From assembly GCF_000022265.1 (NCBI RefSeq), contig NC_011979.1, positions 2,580,001 through 2,612,000 on the forward strand: DNA of 32,000 nt. Direction: 5' to 3'. This DNA comes from Geotalea daltonii FRC-32 (lineage in GTDB: Bacteria > Desulfobacterota > Desulfuromonadia > Geobacterales > Geobacteraceae). This document shows positions 24,499 through 32,000 of the stretch, piece after piece. The stretch's first letter is position 1. Each line of letters opens with the position of its first letter. The position numbers and the translations under genes are program-made. A model generated the notes under the pieces. It was not told the DNA's origin and made no database searches. It saw only the letters and a program-made list of their open reading frames with translations.

Positions 24499-25343
24499 AG
24501 ATCATTCTGGCCAAGCAGGCGGGTTTCTGCTTTGGTGTAAAAAGGGCAACACAGATAGCGTTCGAAGCTGCCGGCAAGGGAGGGAAGACTTTTACCCTCG
24601 GGCCGATTATCCATTCTCCCCAGGTGGTACAGAAACTTGAGGAAATGGGGGTCAAGGCGCTGGAGAATGTGGCAGGGATGGATGAAGGTACGATCATCAT
24701 CCGCTCCCACGGGGCTGCCTCCGATGAACTGGAAGAAGCAGTACGCAAGCAGTTGGATATTCTGGACGCCACCTGTCCGTTTGTGAAAAAGGCCCAGGAA
24801 CATGTGAAGAACCTGTCCAATTCGGGCTATGATGTGGTGGTCGTCGGTGATGCAGATCACCCGGAGGTTCAGGGCATTGTCTCCTATGCCACCGGGAAGG
24901 TTTATGTTGTCGCTTCCGGAGAAGAGGCCGTAAAACTGCCGAAAATGGGGAAAATCGGTGTTGTTGCCCAGACCACTCAGTCCTTCGAGAACCTGAGGCA
25001 TGTTGTCGATGCCTGTCTGGTCAAGGGGGGAGAGATCCGCGTTTTTCACACCATCTGCGATGCAACGGCGGTAAGGCAGGAGGAAGCGAAGAAGTTGGCA
25101 AGCCAGGTGGACTGCATGGTCGTTATAGGCGGCTACAACAGTGCCAATACAAAGCGTCTTGCCGAAGTCAGCGCCGAGATCCAGCCCAGAACGCACCACA
25201 TCGAGATGGCCCAACAGCTGGATCCCGCATGGTTCGAGGGGGTGAAGATTGTCGGTATCACAGCCGGAGCTTCCACGCCGAAATGGATTATCGATGAGGT
25301 GCTGGAGCAGATAGAGAGTATTGCCAAGGATAAAAACCGTTGA
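24486..25343 (+). CDS. ispH: 4-hydroxy-3-methylbut-2-enyl diphosphate reductase
   Basis: Three cluster cysteines in GFCFGVKRA, ATCPFV and TICDAT, plus GGYNSANTKRL. Confidence 0.93.
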   Translation: MRQMKIILAKQAGFCFGVKRATQIAFEAAGKGGKTFTLGPIIHSPQVVQKLEEMGVKALENVAGMDEGTIIIRSHGAASDELEEAVRKQLDILDATCPFVKKAQEHVKNLSNSGYDVVVVGDADHPEVQGIVSYATGKVYVVASGEEAVKLPKMGKIGVVAQTTQSFENLRHVVDACLVKGGEIRVFHTICDATAVRQEEAKKLASQVDCMVVIGGYNSANTKRLAEVSAEIQPRTHHIEMAQQLDPAWFEGVKIVGITAGASTPKWIIDEVLEQIESIAKDKNR

Positions 25344-25413
25344 ATTTTGCAGCAGATGTGATAAGTTAGCATGATTTTTACAAAGGAAGATTATATCAGG
25401 GGGTAGTTCTTAC

Positions 25414-27174
25414 ATGGGAGACGACAAGAAAACATTCAAGAAAAAAGATATGCCGATCAGGCGATTGCATGATACGGATGAGGATGTGGAGCAGGGACAC
25501 GAGGGACTTGAGGAATTTGCCGAGCTTTACCAGGACAGCCTTCGCCAGCCGCAGGCGGGTGAAATTGTCAAAGGTGTAGTTGTCCGTATCGAGGCAGATT
25601 GTGTTCTGGTCGACGTGGGATACAAATCTGAAGGGTGCATCCGCATCAACGAATTCATCGATGAAAGCGGTGAACTCACCGTCAAGGTTGGTGAGGAAGT
25701 AAATGTTTTCTTTGAGCGTGGCGAAAATATCCGCGGGCATATGGTTCTCTCCAAAAAGAAGGCAGACTCCCAGGTTGCGTGGGAAGCCATCGCCGCAGCA
25801 GGTGGTGAAGGCGGCATCATCGAAGGCAAGATAACCGGCAAGGTTAAAGGCGGACTCATCGTAGACGTGGGCATAGAGGCATTCCTGCCCGCTTCCCAAG
25901 TGGATATCAGACCTGGCGGCAACCTCGATCGGTTCATTGGTGAGACCTGCAATTTCAGAATACTGAAGATGAACCGCAAGCGCGGCAATATCGTTCTTTC
26001 CCGCAGGGCACTGCTGGAAGAGGAACGGGAAAAGGCACGCAGCACCACCCTGGCCACGCTAGCCGAGGGAGATGTGCTTGAGGGCGTTGTCAAGAACATC
26101 GCCGATTACGGGGCATTCGTGGATCTTGGAGGCGTTGACGGGCTGCTGCACGTTACCGACATGTCATGGGGAAGGTTGAACCATCCTTCAGAAGCGGTAA
26201 AGGTAGGCGATGCCCTCAAGGTGAAAGTTCTGAAATACGACCGGGAAAAAGGGAAGATTTCCCTCGGCCTCAAGCAGACCATGCCAGATCCATGGCTCAA
26301 CGTGGAATCGAAATACCAGATTGGCGACCGGGTACAGGGCAAGGTTGTCAGCCTCACCGAATACGGCGCCTTCATTGCCCTTGGCGAAGGTGTCGAAGGT
26401 CTTGTTCATATCTCCGAAATGTCCTGGACCAAGAGGGTACGTCATCCCTCCGAGCTGCTGACCGTTGGTCAGGAAGTGGAAGCGGTCGTCCTGGGCGTGG
26501 ATGTTTCAAGCCGTCGCATCTCCCTGGGTCTTAAGCAGACCGAGGTCAATCCCTGGACGGTGATCGGTGACAGGTATCCGGTGGGCACCAAGATCGAGGG
26601 GCAGATCAAGAACATTACCGACTTCGGCGTCTTCATCGGCATCGAGGACGGCATCGACGGACTTGTCCACGTTTCCGACATCTCCTGGACCAAGCGGATC
26701 AAGCATCCGGGTGAAATCTTCGGCAAAGGGCAGACGATCCAGGCCGTTGTCCTCAACATCGATTCTGAAAACGAAAGGCTTTCCCTCGGCATCAAGCAGC
26801 TGACTCCCGATCCCTGGAGCGAAATTCCGAGCAAATACCGTTCGGGCACCCGCGTCAAGGGCAAGGTAACATCCATTACCGATTTCGGTATCTTCCTGGA
26901 GATCGAAGAGGGTATCGAAGGGCTGGTCCATATTTCCGAGCTTTCCCAGGAGAAACTGGCATCGACCAAAGATTTCGCCGCTGTCGGTGACGAACTCGAA
27001 GCAGTCGTTCTCGGTGTCGATGATGTTGAGAAAAAAATCGCCCTCTCCATCAAGGCTTTACAGACAACCATCGACAAGGATGAGCTCGCTTCCTACATGG
27101 GATCTCAGGGTGAGGCCACTTCCAACCTGGGCAAGCTGCTCAAGGAAGGGCTGAAGAAGAACGGTGACGAGTAA
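25414..27174 (+). CDS. rpsA: 30S ribosomal protein S1
   Basis: Six tandem S1 OB-fold repeats (G..V.G.V..I...GAFV.L..GV.GL.H.SE.SW). Confidence 0.95.
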   Translation: MGDDKKTFKKKDMPIRRLHDTDEDVEQGHEGLEEFAELYQDSLRQPQAGEIVKGVVVRIEADCVLVDVGYKSEGCIRINEFIDESGELTVKVGEEVNVFFERGENIRGHMVLSKKKADSQVAWEAIAAAGGEGGIIEGKITGKVKGGLIVDVGIEAFLPASQVDIRPGGNLDRFIGETCNFRILKMNRKRGNIVLSRRALLEEEREKARSTTLATLAEGDVLEGVVKNIADYGAFVDLGGVDGLLHVTDMSWGRLNHPSEAVKVGDALKVKVLKYDREKGKISLGLKQTMPDPWLNVESKYQIGDRVQGKVVSLTEYGAFIALGEGVEGLVHISEMSWTKRVRHPSELLTVGQEVEAVVLGVDVSSRRISLGLKQTEVNPWTVIGDRYPVGTKIEGQIKNITDFGVFIGIEDGIDGLVHVSDISWTKRIKHPGEIFGKGQTIQAVVLNIDSENERLSLGIKQLTPDPWSEIPSKYRSGTRVKGKVTSITDFGIFLEIEEGIEGLVHISELSQEKLASTKDFAAVGDELEAVVLGVDDVEKKIALSIKALQTTIDKDELASYMGSQGEATSNLGKLLKEGLKKNGDE

Positions 27175-27228
27175 CAGACCCTGAAGTGAATGTTTTGCAG
27201 TAATTTAATTGCCGCAAGAGGTGTGTAG

Positions 27229-27510
27229 ATGACAAAGAGTGAATTAATAGATAAGCTGGTGGAAGCAAACAGTGTGCTATCGCGCAAGGAATCCGAGGCT
27301 ATCATATCCATAGTTTTCGATTCCATGAGTGATGCGCTTAAAAGCGGTGAAAAGGTGGAAATCAGAGGTTTCGGCAGTTTCACCATCCGGGCCCGCGATG
27401 CCCGCGAAGCAAGAAATCCTAAAAGTGGCGAATTGGTCAAGATTCCTTCGAAAAAGACTCCTTTCTTCAAGACCGGGAAAGAGTTGCGGGAACGGGTAAA
27501 CTGCGCCTAG
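27229..27510 (+). CDS. ihfB: integration host factor subunit beta (HU/IHF family)
   Basis: MTKSELI...VEIRGFGSF..R.R.AR.ARNPKSGE.V.IP....P.FK.GKELRE. Confidence 0.88.
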   Translation: MTKSELIDKLVEANSVLSRKESEAIISIVFDSMSDALKSGEKVEIRGFGSFTIRARDAREARNPKSGELVKIPSKKTPFFKTGKELRERVNCA

Positions 27511-27534
27511 CAGACATCCTTTTTGGCTAAGTCT

Positions 27535-27621
27535 GCCCGGATGGCGGAACTGGTAGACGCAAGGGACTTAAAATCCCTCGGTCGCAAGGCCGTGCCGGTT
27601 CGATTCCGGCTCCGGGCACCA
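27535..27621 (+). tRNA. tRNA-Leu (anticodon UAA)
   Basis: Acceptor stem GCCCGGA/TCCGGGC plus ACCA. Anticodon stem-loop is AGGGA-CTTAAAA-TCCCT. It has a long variable arm (class II) and T-arm GGTTCGATTCC. Confidence 0.93.
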
Positions 27622-27650
27622 CGTAATAATTAGTTAAGACGGAAAACATA

Positions 27651-27680
27651 AAGCCCTGAGAAATCAGGGCTTTTATTTTT
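27651..27680 (+). terminator. Rho-independent terminator after tRNA-Leu
   Basis: AAGCCCTGA-GAAA-TCAGGGCTT followed by TTATTTTT. Confidence 0.85.
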
Positions 27681-27733
27681 GCCTTGTCTATAATTTAATT
27701 TGCAGAGCTGTACCGGATGGGACGACTTTAAGA

Positions 27734-28648
27734 TTAAATAGCCGCTCCGGCTCGTTTCCAGCGCCGGTGCACCCAGTACCACTGGGTCGGGTGTGCTACC
27801 ACATAATTTTCCACATAGCGTGACAGGGCTTGGGTTTCCTTTTTGATCCCTTCATCGCTCATGTCCCCGCTGAAAAGATGTTCGGGGTAAAAAGTGAGCA
27901 CATGTCGTTCTTCTTCACGATGGATGAAGACTGGAATCAGCGGCACGCCGCTTTTCCTGGCAATGATTACCGGAGCCTTGGAGGTCCAGGCCTTTCGCCC
28001 TATGACGTCAACCAGGTATCCTTCCTCGGGGAAAACAGCCTGATCAGCCAGCATGCCCACCATCTCCCGCTTTTTCAAGGCAGAAAGAATTCCTTTCAGT
28101 GCTCCCTGTTTGTATATCAGTCGGCTGTTGTAGCGTGAGCGCATCTGCTCCACCATCCTGTTAAGGTAGGGATTATCCTGACGGCGGGCTACTCCGGAAA
28201 CTTCTCTGCCGAAGAGGCTGCTGAGGGTCAGTGACATAAGTTCCCAGTTGCCGCAGTGGCCGCTGAGAAAGATCAAACCTTTCCCCTTTGCTCTGGCCGC
28301 CTCATAGTTTTCCCTACCGCGTATTTCGATATTGGCAATGACATCTTCCCCCCGGCCATGGTAAAGGCGACAGATCTCCATCAACGATCTGCCCAGATTT
28401 TTAAAAGTTCCACGGGCCAGTTCTCCAGCGTCTTCGCATTTCGAATTCCAAAGATGATGGGACTTCATGAATGGAAGCGAAAGATTGATGTTTTCGATTA
28501 TGACAGCACGCCTTTTTGGGACTATATGGGGAATCAGGAGCCCCGCCAGCGCCCCCAGGCGGTAAGCTAAGGAAGCGGGCAGAAGAGCTGCGGCCAGGGT
28601 GAGACAATAGATGATAGCGGTTTGAATTGCCCAAAAGATGTGTTTCAC
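27734..28648 (-). CDS. lysophospholipid / lipid A biosynthesis acyltransferase family protein (LpxL/HtrB-like)
   Basis: N-terminal TM segment. Acyltransferase H-x4-E/D motif in LSGHCGNWEL. C-terminal HPTQWYWVHRRWK is typical of the lauroyl-acyltransferase family. Confidence 0.82.
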   Translation of the reverse strand: MKHIFWAIQTAIIYCLTLAAALLPASLAYRLGALAGLLIPHIVPKRRAVIIENINLSLPFMKSHHLWNSKCEDAGELARGTFKNLGRSLMEICRLYHGRGEDVIANIEIRGRENYEAARAKGKGLIFLSGHCGNWELMSLTLSSLFGREVSGVARRQDNPYLNRMVEQMRSRYNSRLIYKQGALKGILSALKKREMVGMLADQAVFPEEGYLVDVIGRKAWTSKAPVIIARKSGVPLIPVFIHREEERHVLTFYPEHLFSGDMSDEGIKKETQALSRYVENYVVAHPTQWYWVHRRWKRAGAAI

Positions 28649-28871
28649 GGATGCACCAGCGCCTTCCCGGGCACCTCAGTCGCTGATCTGTGTGAAGATA
28701 TTACAGGCAGTGAAAGGGGGTACGCAGTATGTTTATTTAATTCCCTGTCCACCATACACCACGTACCTGAAATATTGGTCTTTTAATTACAATAAAAGCG
28801 GGGAATCCTAAACGAACCCTAATGGTTAGGAGGGGCGATCACTCTTAAACCCGGGTCAATCTGGTAAATAT

Positions 28872-29732
28872 TCAGGGGCCGGGGGCCATGTTCGGCGGTC
28901 CGTCCGCTCCTCCGGGAGGCTCTCCAACGATGAGGACCCGTGGTCCCCTTTTCAAGGGGTGCAATTTCCCGTCTACGTCATGATTGGGGGATATTGCCCA
29001 TTCAAACAGTTTCCTGGCCGTGTCCATCAGCGGATAGTCAGGAAAGCCATAGTACTCCTTCTGCATATCCTCATCGTAGAGCCCTACACAGCCGTGGGAA
29101 GCAGGATAGCCGGGCATGTCACGGCCATGGATCCAGTATTCGACACCCTCCTCGTTCACCAGGAATCGCAGACCGTAGTGCATGGGATAGGGAATGTCCT
29201 TATCTTCGATTGTATAGAGGGACGATTCGTGTCTGCCGCTATAGGCATCGATGCGGAATTCGCCCGGAGGGGTGATGAAATCACTCTTTCCCGAAGCGAT
29301 GGGGGATGAAAAGACAAGCCTGCCTTTGTCATAGACACCAAGGAACTGCTCCGTCAGGTCGATGAGGATGAATTTCGGGTCCTTATCCGAGGCTTCGTAC
29401 GCCAGTTCAGCGGGAACCGGAGCAAAATTCTCTACATCCTCCAAATTCACCGGGATTTTCAGTCTGGTACCCGGCAGAGCATGGCGCCGGTCTATGCGGT
29501 TGAACCGGGCGACACTCTGCCACCGGTCGCCGAAGAGACTCTCCATGCTTTCGTTTTTCTTCAGCCTATGGCAGGTCCATGGAATCTTCACATCGCTGGG
29601 ATAGCTGATTTCGCAGGGAGAAAGCTTTTTCTCCTCTTCGGCGGCAAAGGCAGCGGCAAAGAAGAAGATAATCCACAGTACAAGCCCGGTACTGAAGACC
29701 CTGCGCATCGTTTCACCGGGTGGCATAATCAT
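28872..29732 (-). CDS. L,D-transpeptidase (YkuD domain) with N-terminal LysM-like segment
   Basis: Catalytic HG...PASHGCVGL motif. Signal/anchor VFSTGLVLWIIFFFAAAFA. LysM-like SLFGDRWQSVARFNRIDRRHALPGTRLKIP. GGAGGG SD lies before the ATG at 29732. Confidence 0.85.
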   Translation of the reverse strand: MIMPPGETMRRVFSTGLVLWIIFFFAAAFAAEEEKKLSPCEISYPSDVKIPWTCHRLKKNESMESLFGDRWQSVARFNRIDRRHALPGTRLKIPVNLEDVENFAPVPAELAYEASDKDPKFILIDLTEQFLGVYDKGRLVFSSPIASGKSDFITPPGEFRIDAYSGRHESSLYTIEDKDIPYPMHYGLRFLVNEEGVEYWIHGRDMPGYPASHGCVGLYDEDMQKEYYGFPDYPLMDTARKLFEWAISPNHDVDGKLHPLKRGPRVLIVGEPPGGADGPPNMAPGP

Positions 29733-29757
29733 GTTTGAACCCTCCTGTCCAGCGGAT

Positions 29758-30006
29758 TCAAATGATCTTGAACGCTCCTCCTTCCATATCCTGCTCAAAC
29801 ATGCATATCCAGTATGAAAGGCAGCCGGCAACATAGTTTTTCATGACGTGGGTCGGTTTGTAAACGATAGAGACCCTGGTGAAATCGGGATAGAGCCTCT
29901 CCAAACGGTCAACATAATCAACGGTGCCGATTTCGAATTCGTCGGACGAAAGCCTGCTGCTATGAACCACTGCATGAAACGCTTCATAATCCTTTTGCGA
30001 CAGCAT
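29758..30006 (-). CDS. hypothetical protein (82 aa)
   Basis: GGGGGA SD 5 nt before the ATG at 30006 (MLSQKDYEAF...). It lies 25 nt upstream of the L,D-transpeptidase gene on the same strand. No family recognised. Confidence 0.55.
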   Translation of the reverse strand: MLSQKDYEAFHAVVHSSRLSSDEFEIGTVDYVDRLERLYPDFTRVSIVYKPTHVMKNYVAGCLSYWICMFEQDMEGGAFKII

Positions 30007-30199
30007 TGTTCCCCCTGGGCATTGCAATCTGCCGAAACCGCGTGCATGGCAGGTGATTGGTATCAAGTGGGAGCGGAAGTCCCGATGTGATAATTATATC
30101 GATAAAAAGCAGGTTTACACTGATCCGGCCGAGTGCTTCGGGCTTTATTCATCACCCGGATCTGACGGATAGAAATGACTGTTTAGAGCGGGAACATTA

Positions 30200-30243
30200 T
30201 CATCCACAGCAATTGTGGATAACTTGCCTTCATCTGTGGATAA
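30200..30243. promoter_or_regulatory. cluster of three DnaA-box-like 9-mers
   Basis: TCATCCACA (30200-30208, 8 of 9). TGTGGATAA (30214-30222) and TGTGGATAA (30235-30243) are perfect reverse complements of the consensus TTATCCACA. A further 8-of-9 match, TGTGCATAA, lies at about 30405. Confidence 0.6.
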
Positions 30244-30463
30244 GGGTAAAAAAGTATACGTTTCCTCAGGTACTTTTACAGTCTGCACAAGAGATAGGCA
30301 GAAGATGTAAGTATTTGAAATTACGTGTCAATATAAATTTGTTATTTTTAAGATTATAATAATATAATGTTAGCGAAGGGTAAGATATGGATATTTACCT
30401 GCTTGTGCATAACTACAAGAAAATCAATGAAATAGCGCTTCTTTAAAATCCAAAATCATATAA

Positions 30464-30778
30464 ATGCACGCCAAACGTGCATATATGACCAATTTGGGAT
30501 TTCAGAATCCCCCCTCAACCCCGTTCTCTGCATTAAAACCTATGTCTATCTGGTGCAAAGGAAACCGAGAATGCACTCGCTTAGGGGCCGAATCGCTTTC
30601 GAACAACAATTTCAAATCGAGGATGCGGATGCTACTGTTTGCAGTAATAGGGTTGCAGAGAAAAATATTGACATCGGCCGAGGTGAAAGGAAACAGGGGA
30701 GTTGAAATCAGTCTTGACCAGATGGATGCACTGATCGAGCGGACGATGCAGGTGGCAAGACACAGGAGCGGCCTGTGA
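30464..30778 (+). CDS. doubtful ORF, possibly the remnant 3' end of a lost upstream gene
   Basis: Only the last ~50 codons look coding-like (…VEISLDQMDALIERTMQVARHRSGL). The stop overlaps the GTG start of the next gene (GTGA). The 5' part is AT-rich, has no convincing SD and competes with an antisense ORF. Confidence 0.25.
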   Translation: MHAKRAYMTNLGFQNPPSTPFSALKPMSIWCKGNRECTRLGAESLSNNNFKSRMRMLLFAVIGLQRKILTSAEVKGNRGVEISLDQMDALIERTMQVARHRSGL

Positions 30779-31485
30779 ATCTCTCCAGAGGCACCATTAT
30801 CCACGGGAAGGACACCATCTGCTTCAATGTCTTATATGTGGCCAGAAAGACGTTGGAAATAGCGGTCCATCCTGACAGCAGAGTGGTGGTGAAGGCTCCA
30901 GTCGGCACCCTTTTCGACGAGGTGCAAAAGAGGGTAGTAAAACGTGCAGGGTGGATAAAAAGGCAGTTGGATTACTTTCGGCAATTCGAACCGAGAACGC
31001 CGCCAAGGCGGTATCTGGGGGGAGAGACACACCTGTACCTTGGACGGCATTACCGGCTGAAGGTAGTTAAGGGGGACGAAAATATGGTGAAGCTGGTCCG
31101 GGGCCATATGTGTGTTTCTCTGGCCGAGCCTTCCCCTGAAACGGTGAAGGCACTACTGGATCAATGGTACAGACAAAAAGCAGTAGCTAAATTCAATGAC
31201 AACTTTGACCGATGCTGGCCGTCATTCAAGAAAATACTAGGAGAAAAGCCGAAGATTCAGATTCGGCGGATGAGTAAACGATGGGGAAGCTTGTCCAAAG
31301 GGGGAATTCTTACCCTCAACACCGAGCTGATCCGTGCGCCGAGGGAATGTATCGAGTATGTCATTACCCACGAGTTGTGCCATATGGAGTGCCACGACCA
31401 CAGCTCAGCCTTTTATGATCTACTGGAAAAGGTAATGCCTGACTGGGAAAAGCGAAAGCATAAGCTGGAGTTGGCACTGGTTTAA
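30775..31485 (+). CDS. YgjP-like M48/DUF45 (SprT-like) zinc metallopeptidase
   Basis: Family-typical layout: I.F.V.Y..RKTLEIAVHPD..VVVKAP at the N-terminus, RWGSLSKGGILTLN, and HELCHMECHDHSSAFYDLLEKVMPDWEKRK (HExxH). AGGAG SD lies before the GTG at 30775. Confidence 0.85.
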   Translation: MNLSRGTIIHGKDTICFNVLYVARKTLEIAVHPDSRVVVKAPVGTLFDEVQKRVVKRAGWIKRQLDYFRQFEPRTPPRRYLGGETHLYLGRHYRLKVVKGDENMVKLVRGHMCVSLAEPSPETVKALLDQWYRQKAVAKFNDNFDRCWPSFKKILGEKPKIQIRRMSKRWGSLSKGGILTLNTELIRAPRECIEYVITHELCHMECHDHSSAFYDLLEKVMPDWEKRKHKLELALV

Positions 31486-31835
31486 TTGGGAGGGGCGCAA
31501 CTTGGACGCAGGGTGGGACAAAACATCCGTTGGTGCAGAAGTTACGCAATACGCAGGCTTATTTTTTGATGAATGACACCAGACCTGATATTGTGAATGA
31601 AGAATATGGCTGGAAGAGCATGCATTCGCTTCAACTTTTCCTTAATAAAAAGAACGCGCTTTGTTTGCCAAGAGCAGGGCTTACTGCAGAAAGGCAGCTT
31701 TATCGGAGCGACTCTGCCGGGTGCGGCGAGCGCTAAGGCAGAACTAAACCCCTTCCACATTGACAAGACCGGCTGCTGTTCGGTACACTCCCCCCAGCAA
31801 AAAAGAACAATCCCCCTGTCTGCCGGAGATCAGAA

Positions 31836-32000
31836 ATGAATGTCAACACGCGGGTGCTGCGCCGGCTTTTGGCCAGCCGCACCGATGAAATCGAAAAAGC
31901 CGTTGCCGGTACCGGTTTTCTGCCGAGAACCGTCATGGGCGTCGCCACCTTTCTCTTGGACAACGAGGGCAACACCGATCTGTTTACTGCAAAGCAGCAG
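31836..32000 (+). CDS. hypothetical protein, 5' fragment (runs off the window)
   Basis: GGAGA SD 6 nt before the ATG at 31836. 55 codons are open to the window edge (MNVNTRVLRRLLASRTDEIEKAVAGTGFLPRTVMGVATFLLDNEGNTDLFTAKQQ), with strongly G/C-biased third positions like real genes here. It is absent from the ORF track, presumably because it is truncated. Confidence 0.55.
   Translation, partial: MNVNTRVLRRLLASRTDEIEKAVAGTGFLPRTVMGVATFLLDNEGNTDLFTAKQQ

Noticed and set aside
27535-27621. tRNA-Leu as an integration site of a genomic island covering 27.7-32 kb
   Set aside because: I found no direct repeat of the tRNA 3' end downstream and no integrase. The genes immediately after it (acyltransferase, L,D-transpeptidase) have native-looking composition. 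The compositional break only starts at about 30.3 kb.
30057-30446. Track ORF 30057-30359 (+) and a 19-codon mini-ORF at 30387-30446 (MDIYLLVHNYKKINEIALL)
   Set aside because: The 100-aa ORF runs through the DnaA boxes and the AT-rich tract with no SD and atypical codon usage. The mini-ORF has only a weak AAGGG upstream and nothing else to support it.
30200-30470. Calling this locus the chromosomal oriC outright
   Set aside because: Only 2 perfect and 2 near-perfect boxes are present. The window has no dnaA/dnaN/rpmH/gidA context, and I cannot compute genome-wide GC skew. It is kept as a finding rather than annotated as an origin.
31530-31839. Track ORFs 31530-31736 (+), 31597-31839 (+) and 31542-31766 (-)
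   Set aside because: They overlap one another. They use non-ATG or SD-less starts, show no third-position bias and contain no recognisable motifs.
1-32000. CRISPR arrays, IS elements or transposases, integrases, rRNA, prophage genes
   Set aside because: Reading both strands shows no regularly spaced 25-40-bp direct repeats. No product carries a DDE, tyrosine-recombinase or serine-recombinase motif. The only repeats are the short hairpins and heptamer arrays listed above.

Overview
This 32-kb chromosomal segment looks like a Desulfuromonadales/Geobacter-type deltaproteobacterium. That assignment is an inference from gene content: a triheme c7-type cytochrome, an NtrC-type sigma-54 activator, GC-rich third codon positions, and the conserved block pheA-tyrA-aroA-cmk-ispH-rpsA-ihfB-tRNA-Leu. 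I support about 40 CDS, one tRNA-Leu(UAA), several Rho-independent terminators, one near-consensus sigma-54 promoter and a few small repeat families. No CRISPR array, transposase, integrase or rRNA is visible.

Most of the window is housekeeping:
- aromatic amino-acid synthesis and ribosomal protein S1
- polyamine synthesis (aguA/aguB)
- a MacAB-like ABC exporter
- an oxidative-stress cluster (SOD, DJ-1/PfpI)

The regions that deserve a second look, in order of interest:
1. An orphan sigma-54/NtrC-controlled operon (1.35-3.6 kb). It encodes a 7-Cys miniprotein, two very small membrane proteins (one not in the ORF track) and an unrecognised polytopic membrane protein.
2. The right end of the window (30.1-32 kb). 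It has a cluster of DnaA boxes, a very AT-rich tract, an orphan YgjP/DUF45-type metallopeptidase and unknown ORFs. It may be the edge of acquired DNA.
3. An archaeal-type methionine adenosyltransferase, divergent from the aguA/aguB polyamine genes, with a possibly leaderless start.
4. Nested palindromic elements and CTAGTGTCAC-based hairpins that bracket the DJ-1/PfpI gene.
5. Heptamer tandem repeats at two operon-internal junctions.
6. A Sec-exported Lys/Ala/Pro-rich miniprotein.

All functional calls come from motif recognition by eye. No database search was run.
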